Counted from the stretch's first letter, positions 38,647 through 44,388 are shown. The stretch is DNA of 64,000 nucleotides from a virus (IMGVR_UViG_3300017650_000001:39621-103620), one strand, 5' to 3'. Made by a program: numbers and translations. Notes: a model not told the origin generated them from the sequence alone.

Positions 38647-38710
38647 GCCTGAGCATAAAGGTCGTAGATCGGGTATATTTTGCCGATAACCGAACTACTG
38701 CAACTCAGGC
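38647..38710 (-). ncRNA. Y RNA-like gene Y1 (minimal, no tRNA module)
   Basis: GCCTGAG-TTG..GTAG-TTCGGTTATC..CGATCTAC..TATG-CTCAGGC; shared scaffold, immediately upstream of ro60. Confidence 0.75.
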
Positions 38711-38721
38711 GACTTCAAGCT

Positions 38722-38824
38722 GCTGAACGTGATTTTGGCATCGGATAAGCTCCCATTTGAGCAGTAATTCCATTCGGAACCACTCGGAGTCGAACCAAGA
38801 TAACCGATAACCATTCAATTCAGC
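38722..38824 (-). ncRNA. YrlA-like Y RNA Y2 (permuted T-AS-D tRNA module)
   Basis: GCTGAA stem, TCGGTTATC, T arm CTTGG-TTCGACT-CCGAG, loop-closed acceptor TGGTTCC-GAAT-GGAATTA, D arm GCTC-AAATGG-GAGC. Confidence 0.8.
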
Positions 38825-38827
38825 GTA

Positions 38828-38991
38828 AGGAGTGTCTTACTAGATTGAGCATGAAATTGAAAATTCGCGTTTAGAGTTGGATTCGAACCAACGTCTCTAG
38901 TCCAAGACTAGCGCACTAACCACTATGCTACCCGTTCAGTTTTGGCGAACGATAACGAAATTTCAGCAACTCAATCTAATAAGACACTCCT
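38828..38991 (-). ncRNA. Y RNA-like gene Y3 (non-permuted D-anticodon-T module)
   Basis: About 22-bp terminal stem AGGAGTGTCTTA.TAGATTGAG, TTCGTTATC, then D arm, CTAGT-CTTGG-ACTAG hairpin, T arm GTTGG-TTCGAAT-CCAAC. Confidence 0.75.
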
Positions 38992-39017
38992 CAGTTTGTA
39001 GCTCACCAAATGGAGAC

Positions 39018-39158
39018 TTGCACGAGCATAAAGGGCGAAGATCGATGTTTGACGTGCTACCATTACACTACAGGCCCGTAAATGTTGGACCCGATGGGAT
39101 TCGAACCCATTCCGCCAGCTTTCAATGCTGATAACCGAACTTCAGTCAACTCGTACAA
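39018..39158 (-). ncRNA. YrlA-like Y RNA Y4
   Basis: TTGTACGAG/CTCGTGCAA stem, GAAGTTCGGTTATC, T arm ATGGG-TTCGAAT-CCCAT, acceptor CGGGTCC-AACATTTAC-GGGCCTG, D arm GTGT-AATGGT-AGCAC. Confidence 0.85.
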
Positions 39159-39167
39159 ATATTCCAG

Positions 39168-39238
39168 AAGGTGAGCGTAAGTGTCGGCAATTGGTGGCAT
39201 CATTAACAGTGATAACCAAAAGCCTTTCAACTCACCCT
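39168..39238 (-). ncRNA. Y RNA-like gene Y5 (minimal)
   Basis: AGGGTGAG-TTG..GGC-TTTTGGTTATC..CCAATTGCC..TACG-CTCACCTT; GCGTATG motif just upstream. Confidence 0.7.
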
Positions 39239-39262
39239 TAACAACTACCACATACGCTGATT

Positions 39263-39466
39263 CTAGTGTGCTCCCAAAATCTTTTTGAGATTCGTGAGCG
39301 CATGAACGGCGCAGCGATCGTTAACAAAAGTCGCGAGATGCTTGGTCAACTTCTTGACCTTGTTCTTCTCGCGACGATTGGTATTCTTGTATCGCGAACA
39401 GAAGTCAGCATTGCGACCGTGTTTGCGATTCTTCTTCGAACTCTTGGCCTTGTGCAGACCAGACAT
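39263..39466 (-). CDS. Small basic protein
   Basis: GAGG RBS, Lys/Arg-rich. Confidence 0.6.
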   Translation of the reverse strand: MSGLHKAKSSKKNRKHGRNADFCSRYKNTNRREKNKVKKLTKHLATFVNDRCAVHALTNLKKILGAH

Positions 39467-39626
39467 AACATGACCTCATTGAGGGCTTAATTGCCCTATA
39501 CAAGCCTCATGTCTGCCTCCTTTTGTTAGGGTTAATCTGCGTTTATGCTCAATGCAGCGGCGCCTTGCGCCTTCTGTACACAAGCATACGCAGGAATTGT
39601 AGTCTGCGTCAAGATTTTTTAGAAAA

Positions 39627-39698
39627 TGGCACCGGTGGAAGGATTCGAACCCTCTAGGCGAAGTTTTGGAGACCTGCCTGCATCCAATGCTCACCGAT
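39627..39698 (-). tRNA. trnW: tRNA-Trp(CCA)
   Basis: Loop CTCCAAA, T arm, encoded CCA; short D arm. Confidence 0.8.
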
Positions 39699-39701
39699 AA
39701 T

Positions 39702-39778
39702 TGGTACTGACGTAGTGATTCGAACACTATGCTCCCGGTTCACAGCCGGACCGCCCATTGCCATCGAGCATCGTCAGC
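39702..39778 (-). tRNA. trnH: tRNA-His(GTG), no G-1, A73
   Basis: TCCGG-CTGTGAA-CCGGG; ends CGTCAGT-A-CCA. Confidence 0.9.
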
Positions 39779-39782
39779 ATAT

Positions 39783-39853
39783 TGGTCGCTCTGGGTGGGG
39801 ACGATCCACCCTATCAGCCTTATGAGAGCCGACTCCTCGCCGGAGGCAGAGCG
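39783..39853 (-). tRNA. tRNA-CAT (Met or Ile2)
   Basis: CGGCT-CTCATAA-GGCTG; T loop ATCGTCC; CCA. Confidence 0.8.
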
Positions 39854-39854
39854 A

Positions 39855-40187
39855 TTATTGTTTTGGGTTTATTGCCCAATCGTACCCACGTTCAACAGCG
39901 ATGCGATTCATGCGCTGTCTATCTGATAAGTGCGTGTAACCCTGTGGGCTGATGAGCATCTGACCACGCTTGAATGCAGTACCATCAGGATGCGTACCAC
40001 TTGAAGAGACTATGACTTGATATTCACCCTCTCCGATGATGGCTTGGAGGTAGTCCCAAGCTTCGGGTGTGAAGGTAGCTGGCCAATCTTGATATCGCCA
40101 TCCAGCAGCTTTCAAATCAGGAGGGACTAAAGCTTCCTGTTCTGCCCCTAGCAGACTATTTAACAAGTTTGACAATTCAAACAACAT
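39855..40187 (-). CDS. Hypothetical protein in the tRNA array
   Basis: GAGGA RBS; fills the inter-tRNA gap. Confidence 0.65.
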   Translation of the reverse strand: MLFELSNLLNSLLGAEQEALVPPDLKAAGWRYQDWPATFTPEAWDYLQAIIGEGEYQVIVSSSGTHPDGTAFKRGQMLISPQGYTHLSDRQRMNRIAVERGYDWAINPKQ

Positions 40188-40201
40188 AAGTTCCTCTTTA
40201 T

Positions 40202-40277
40202 TGGCAGGGGATACAGGAATCGAACCTGTTCAATGGGGGAGTCAAAGTCCCCCGCCTTCCCATCTGGCTCATCCCCC
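40202..40277 (-). tRNA. trnQ: tRNA-Gln(TTG)
   Basis: GGGGA-CTTTGAC-TCCCC; CCA. Confidence 0.9.
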
Positions 40278-40282
40278 GTAAA

Positions 40283-40357
40283 TGGTGCTCCGTGACGGTT
40301 TCGATCCGTCTTCCCCGATTTGAAGGACCGGGATCCTAGCCACTAGACGAACGGAGC
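40283..40357 (-). tRNA. trnE: tRNA-Glu(TTC) with C33
   Basis: Glu-type D arm GTCTAGTGGCTAGGA; CCGGT-CCTTCAA-ATCGG. Confidence 0.85.
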
Positions 40358-40362
40358 GTAAA

Positions 40363-40436
40363 TGGTGCGGGCTACGAGAATCGAACTCGTGACTCCTCGT
40401 TGGAAGCGAGGGATTTTACCATTAAACTAAGCACGC
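40363..40436 (-). tRNA. trnG: tRNA-Gly(TCC)
   Basis: CCTCG-CTTCCAA-CGAGG; CCA. Confidence 0.9.
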
Positions 40437-40437
40437 A

Positions 40438-40523
40438 TGGCGGTGAGTTGAGAGCACGATTCTCACTCCTTTCGGAGCCCTTCGTTTAGCAAACGATGAC
40501 AGGTCCCACCTGCTTAACTCACC
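40438..40523 (-). tRNA. trnS: tRNA-Ser(GCT)
   Basis: Loop TTGCTAA, long variable arm, G73, CCA. Confidence 0.85.
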
Positions 40524-40753
40524 TAATTTCTATTAGTTAGTCCTTTATAGGTCCGTCTACAGGCTGATTCAGCAGCTTGTAACGATTTGAATGGATTCCC
40601 ATCAATAGGTATAGCCATTCTGCCAATGTGCTCTACAGATTTCCAAGATGCATAAAAACCATCAGAATCTTGGGATATCAGAAATTGGTATCCCTTTATA
40701 GAGCACCCATATAATGGCATGTCCATAAAATGGGCCAAAAACTCAAAGTTCAT
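40523..40753 (-). CDS. Hypothetical protein in the tRNA array
   Basis: Fills the gap between tRNAs; F.SL.AAE.AC phage motif. Confidence 0.6.
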   Translation of the reverse strand: MNFEFLAHFMDMPLYGCSIKGYQFLISQDSDGFYASWKSVEHIGRMAIPIDGNPFKSLQAAESACRRTYKGLTNRN

Positions 40754-40754
40754 A

Positions 40755-40833
40755 TGGCGCTCCTGGAAGGACTTGAACCTCCATAGTTTCCAGTTACGGT
40801 ACTCTGCTTAGGAGGCAGAGCCGGTACAGGAGC
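40755..40833 (-). tRNA. trnR: tRNA-Arg(CCT), non-canonical (no D arm; D-loop-like segment after the anticodon arm)
   Basis: GCTCCTG-TACCGG-CTCTGC-CTCCTAA-GCAGAG-TACCG-TAACTGGAA-ACTAT-T arm-CAGGAGC-G-CCA. Confidence 0.75.
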
Positions 40834-40971
40834 TAAGCAGCTTGAACAGGTGTAGTCAATTTCTTCCGGGCCAAATTCATTCAGGGGTACAAACCTCGTC
40901 ATATGGAGGTCTTCCCATCGCTTGAATAAGTTACATTCACAGCATCTGTTCATGTTAACACATACGCTAAA

Positions 40972-41053
40972 TGGCACCCCGAGCAGGATTCGAACCCGCG
41001 TTTTCAGCTCCTCTACAGATAACTGCTTAGAAGGCAGAACTGGCTACCGGGGC
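40972..41053 (-). tRNA. trnR: tRNA-Arg(TCT), non-canonical
   Basis: GCCCCGG-TAGC-CAG..CTGC-CTTCTAA-GCAG..CTG-TAGAGGA-GC..T arm-G-CCA. Confidence 0.75.
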
Positions 41054-41057
41054 AAAT

Positions 41058-41132
41058 TGGAGGTGTGGGCGGGAGTCTAACCCGCCTATCGCAGTTTTGC
41101 AGACTGGCCCATAAACGCTCTGGCACCACACC
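41058..41132 (-). tRNA. trnC: tRNA-Cys(GCA)
   Basis: Loop CTGCAAA, U73, CCA. Confidence 0.85.
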
Positions 41133-41137
41133 GTAAA

Positions 41138-41212
41138 TGGCTACCCCTGCATGAGTTGAACATGCCTAACCAGTTTCAGAGACTGGCGCCTATACCGCTC
41201 GGCCAAGGGGCA
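41138..41212 (-). tRNA. trnQ: tRNA-Gln(CTG)
   Basis: CCAGT-CTCTGAA-ACTGG; U1-A72; CCA. Confidence 0.9.
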
Positions 41213-41218
41213 ATGAAA

Positions 41219-41293
41219 TGGTCAGGGTAGGGAGTTCCGCCTTCCCACCTCTAGTTCCCGAAACTAGTGCTCTTCTACACGAGCTTTACCCTG
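41219..41293 (-). tRNA. trnP: tRNA-Pro(CGG), aberrant T loop
   Basis: CTAGT-TTCGGGA-ACTAG; C1-G72, A73; CCA. Confidence 0.75.
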
Positions 41294-41301
41294 TTAAATT
41301 C

Positions 41302-41399
41302 TGGTCTTGATAGAGGACTCGACCACGCGCTACCCACCGCAGACTAACACGTTATCCATGCGTCCGCGCCAAAGCCTTGTCCGTCGGCCTCTATCAAGA
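41302..41399 (-). ncRNA. CCA-terminated tRNA-like RNA without a recognisable anticodon arm
   Basis: 12-bp terminal helix TCTTGATAGAGG/CCTCTATCAAGA followed by CCA. Confidence 0.5.
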
Positions 41400-41400
41400 A

Positions 41401-41485
41401 TGGTACCCACGAGGCGAGTCGAACGCCTATTTGCAGCTTCCAGTTACGGTTCCACTGATTCGTAGTCAGGGCCGGCTACGTGGGC
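41401..41485 (-). tRNA. trnR: tRNA-Arg(ACG), non-canonical
   Basis: GCCCACG-TAGC-CGG-CCCTGA-CTACGAA-TCAGTGG-AA-CCG-TAACTGGAA-GC..T arm-A-CCA. Confidence 0.78.
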
Positions 41486-41492
41486 AAAATTC

Positions 41493-41628
41493 TTTGTACG
41501 AGCATAAGGGTCGAAGATCGGTATGGGACCGGAGTTCTACCATTGAACTATCAACGACGCAGCCGTTGAGTTGGATTCGAACCAACATATCCAGTTTGGG
41601 GTAACCAAACTTCTACAACTCGTACAAA
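41493..41628 (-). ncRNA. YrlA-like Y RNA Y6 embedded in the tRNA array
   Basis: TTTGTACGAG/CTCGTACAAA stem as in Y4, GAAGTTTGGTTACC, T arm GTTGG-TTCGAAT-CCAAC, closed acceptor TCAACGGC-TGC-GTCGTTGA, D arm GTTC-AATGGTA-GAAC. Confidence 0.85.
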
Positions 41629-41630
41629 CT

Positions 41631-41705
41631 TGGTGCTGCATAGGGGTTTCGATCCCCTTTCATCTGATTGAGAATCAGACATCCTAGCCACTAGACGAAT
41701 GCAGC
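41631..41705 (-). tRNA. trnE: tRNA-Glu(CTC)
   Basis: TCTGA-TTCTCAA-TCAGA; CCA. Confidence 0.9.
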
Positions 41706-41709
41706 AAAT

Positions 41710-41788
41710 TGGCTCCCAGTCGCGGGATCGAACCGCGCTAATCAGTGGTTAACAGCCACGTCCATGCACCAAGCTCGGATTACTGGGA
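41710..41788 (-). tRNA. trnN: tRNA-Asn(GTT)
   Basis: Loop CTGTTAA; G73; CCA. Confidence 0.85.
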
Positions 41789-41794
41789 ATAAAA

Positions 41795-41866
41795 TGGTGG
41801 AGACAGAGGGTGTTGATCCCTCCCCGCCAATCTTGCAAGGATTAGCTGCGCCCCGGCGCTGTCCCC
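41795..41866 (-). tRNA. trnA: tRNA-Ala(TGC)
   Basis: Loop CTTGCAA; G3-U70; CCA. Confidence 0.85.
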
Positions 41867-41871
41867 ATAAA

Positions 41872-41947
41872 TGGTGCCTAAGCTCCGTTCTGCCCGGAGT
41901 CCTCTAGTTCTTCAGACTAGCGCTTCTACTAAGTTAGCTTCTTAGGC
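41872..41947 (-). tRNA. trnF: tRNA-Phe(GAA)
   Basis: CTAGT-CTGAAGA-ACTAG; T loop GGCAGAA; CCA. Confidence 0.82.
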
Positions 41948-42016
41948 ATGATTTCTGAGCATTCCCAATTACGGAGGTTGCTCCTATCCGGTACCTGCTT
42001 TTCAGCGTTCATGAAA

Positions 42017-42090
42017 TGGTGCGGGCACGGGGAGTCGAACCCCGGCTGGAAGTGTGGCACACTTCCCGACTTCCGTAATCTTTTACCCGC
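42017..42090 (-). tRNA. trnG: tRNA-Gly(GCC)
   Basis: GAAGT-GTGCCAC-ACTTC; CCA. Confidence 0.85.
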
Positions 42091-42095
42091 ATAAA

Positions 42096-42187
42096 TGGTG
42101 GGAAGTGGGATGAGTTGAACACCTTGCCACATAGGGACCTGATTTACAGTCAGGCGACAGAACCGTCCGTCCTTATTAGCACTTCCC
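42096..42187 (-). tRNA. trnY: tRNA-Tyr(GTA), extended acceptor/D connector
   Basis: CCTGA-CTGTAAA-TCAGG; CCA. Confidence 0.8.
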
Positions 42188-42283
42188 ATGAATTAAATTG
42201 CCGGTGTACACGCCTTCACTATAGAACAATAGATTCAGTTCTGCAGAACATCCTCTAGCTACAGTCCATCGACCCGGCAAACT

Positions 42284-42365
42284 TGGGAGCGGGAGGTGGA
42301 TTTGAACCACCGTCTACTGGTTATGAGCCAGTCAAGAGGCCTGTTTACCGCTTCTCCATCCCGCA
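42284..42365 (-). tRNA. tRNA-CAT, initiator-like
   Basis: TGCGGGATGGAGAAGCGG 5' end, 1-72 mismatch, ACTGG-CTCATAA-CCAGT. Confidence 0.78.
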
Positions 42366-42555
42366 CAAAAACGTTGCAGGGCTTTTCATCTCCCATGCTC
42401 ATTCATCAGTACATCCGTGAGTGAATGGAAACACGCTGGTTGGGCTTGAGTACCAGCGTAAGTGCAGTAGTGTAGATATGCGATCATTCTACCTTACCCA
42501 ACTCGTTAGGATCGCCCTCGGAGTGACTACTGCAAAAGCTACATACGCAACTAAA

Positions 42556-42643
42556 TGGCGGAGAGCTGAGGAGTCGAACCCCTAACGGTTTCCCGTTCCA
42601 CGGTTTTCAAGACCGCTGACACACCACTGCGTCTTAACTCTCC
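42556..42643 (-). tRNA. trnS: tRNA-Ser(TGA)
   Basis: GCGGT-CTTGAAA-ACCGT, long variable arm, G73, CCA. Confidence 0.9.
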
Positions 42644-42648
42644 AAACT

Positions 42649-42729
42649 TGGCGACCACGGCAGGATTCGAACCCGCATTTACATCCGGTTACCTTGATCT
42701 CCGTTCGAAGCGGAGTGGGATACGTGGTC
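42649..42729 (-). tRNA. trnR: tRNA-Arg(TCG), non-canonical
   Basis: GACCACG-TATCCCA-CTCCG-CTTCGAA-CGGAG-ATCAAGG-TAACCGGA-TGTAAAT-T arm-G-CCA. Confidence 0.75.
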
Positions 42730-42910
42730 AAAATAGGTGTCGTCAGATGACTACTCTGACAGAGGTTGTAAGGCTGCCTAGCCAACTCCGACCTCTCCGC
42801 CTTTTATAGTCGTTTCCCTTACTAACGACCAGTTGTACTAGTATTCTGATCGTTTTCATTCGAGGCGCATCTAGCGGGAATCGAACCCTCTAGCGACATA
42901 GTCACATACG

Positions 42911-43261
42911 CTACTTCTTTCCATTGTTAGGGAAATACTTTGCCATTGTGACCTTTTGTATCAGACTGTCGTCCTCAACAATTCCAGGCTTGGTCAACGT
43001 GCAGTTATCTAGCGCTTGTTCAAGTGCCAGATATGCGTTTCCCAAATCGGGTGTTGTTGGTGATACGAAAAGGACTTCAAGCTCTATCGGATGTCCAATC
43101 GGCAAGTTGCGACCAATTGATGTCCGCTTAACTGCCTCGTAAATGAACTTCCGGTACTGCTGAATGACCTTGATATGCATCCGACGATGCGGAGCATCAT
43201 GGATCCAAAGTTGCAACAAAGGCGGATCGTACAATGTGTGATACTTTGCGATAACCTTCAT
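42911..43261 (-). CDS. RusA-like resolvase fold, degenerate
   Basis: PIELEVLF..PDLGN....ALD...GIVEDDSLI; AGGGG RBS. Confidence 0.6.
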   Translation of the reverse strand: MKVIAKYHTLYDPPLLQLWIHDAPHRRMHIKVIQQYRKFIYEAVKRTSIGRNLPIGHPIELEVLFVSPTTPDLGNAYLALEQALDNCTLTKPGIVEDDSLIQKVTMAKYFPNNGKK

Positions 43262-43274
43262 TGCAAACCCCTAT

Positions 43275-43350
43275 TGGTACCCGCTCGCGGAATCGAACCG
43301 CGTCATAAGACTGTTATGAGCAGTCGGCCGTCCCACCTGGCTCAGCGGGC
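43275..43350 (-). tRNA. trnM: tRNA-Met(CAT)
   Basis: GACTG-CTCATAA-CAGTC; CCA. Confidence 0.85.
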
Positions 43351-43452
43351 AAAATGGTGGCGGTCACGACCTCACAGTCCACCGCCGCTGCTAACTGAGC
43401 CGTCACTCAGTGCAGGTATAGGGAGCATGTTAGCGTCCTAACGGTCCCTAGC

Positions 43453-43529
43453 TGGTCTAGGTGGCAGGATTCGAACCCGCGATCCCCTGTACCCAAAACA
43501 GGTGCGATACCAGACTTCGCTACACCTAG
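43453..43529 (-). tRNA. trnP: tRNA-Pro(TGG)
   Basis: CCTGT-TTTGGGT-ACAGG; CCA. Confidence 0.92.
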
Positions 43530-43535
43530 ATAAAA

Positions 43536-43610
43536 TGGCGCCCCATAGCGGTTCCGACCCGCTTTCTCTCGATCGACAGTCGAGGATTTTAGCCACTAAA
43601 CTAATGAGGC
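43536..43610 (-). tRNA. trnD: tRNA-Asp(GTC)
   Basis: CTCGA-CTGTCGA-TCGAG; G73; CCA. Confidence 0.85.
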
Positions 43611-43614
43611 AAAT

Positions 43615-43689
43615 TGGTAGATCCTCGGGGAATCGAACCCCGCCCTCATGGGTTAAGAGGCCAGCGCACTACCACTATGCTAAGGATCT
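43615..43689 (-). tRNA. trnK: tRNA-Lys(CTT)
   Basis: Loop CTCTTAA; C31/C39 mismatch; CCA. Confidence 0.85.
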
Positions 43690-43694
43690 GTAAT

Positions 43695-43769
43695 TGGTGA
43701 ACCGCCACGGTACTGCCCCGTGTTCTCATGGGTTAAAAGGCCAGCGTGCTACTTTCCTACTCGCGGTCC
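43695..43769 (-). tRNA. trnK: tRNA-Lys(TTT)
   Basis: Loop CTTTTAA; C31/C39 mismatch; T loop GGCAGTA; CCA. Confidence 0.78.
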
Positions 43770-43771
43770 GA

Positions 43772-44272
43772 TTAGGACTCGCGTTTCATGTGCTTCGCTA
43801 GAGCAGCTTCACCCTTTTCAGCGATTCGTCGCAGCGTTTCCATATCCTGCTTCGAAACGCGGTGTACGCCATCAGGAAGCAGATTGTCTGTGTGGTCAGC
43901 TGTCACAAGCACGTCTCGTGCCTTCAGCAAGAGCTCCATCTGCTCCTCCGTTTCACAAGTGTAATCAACGTAAATCTTTCCAAACCATTCACCCACAAGA
44001 GCGTGCAGCGCGTTGCGGCTAGCACTCTTTCTCCCGGGTCGGACAAGGCGAATATCCAGTCCATAGAACAGTTTCAAACTAACCAAAGGACCGTGATCAT
44101 GACGTCCATTTGTCATCTTTGACAAACTAAGATCGACAGGGCGACCTGGCGCAGCTAGGAGCGCATCGTATATTTCACGAGTACGCGTTCCTTCACGCGG
44201 CTCTAATTGCAATTCTTGCAACTTCTGCCCGTTCTTACGGCGCTTGATTTGCGTAACTGATAACAACCGCAT
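43772..44272 (-). CDS. Hypothetical protein in the tRNA array
   Basis: AGGA RBS; downstream of a GCGTATG motif; fills the gap. Confidence 0.65.
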   Translation of the reverse strand: MRLLSVTQIKRRKNGQKLQELQLEPREGTRTREIYDALLAAPGRPVDLSLSKMTNGRHDHGPLVSLKLFYGLDIRLVRPGRKSASRNALHALVGEWFGKIYVDYTCETEEQMELLLKARDVLVTADHTDNLLPDGVHRVSKQDMETLRRIAEKGEAALAKHMKRES

Positions 44273-44314
44273 GTAACAATCCTAAGGTAACAATGGCTAC
44301 ATACGCAAGAATTG

Positions 44315-44388
44315 TGGTCCTTCCTCACGGTAACGATCCGTGGTCGCTCGGTTATCAGCCGAATGCTCTACCTTTGAGCTAAGGAAGG
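44315..44388 (-). tRNA. trnI: tRNA-Ile(GAT)
   Basis: TTCGG-CTGATAA-CCGAG; CCA. Confidence 0.88.

Noticed and set aside
38647-39238. CRISPR array or simple direct repeats upstream of ro60
   Set aside because: Units are self-complementary with covarying stems and variable interiors, not identical repeats with spacers; no cas genes
40283-40357. UGA suppressor or Sec tRNA (reading TCA in CCTTCAAA)
   Set aside because: Stem register and the Glu-type D arm put TTC at 34-36; the body parallels tRNA-Glu(CTC)
41948-42013. Seventh Y RNA
   Set aside because: Has a CATGA/TCATG stem and ATGCTC but lacks GAGTTG and GTTATC; left as an unclassified spacer hairpin
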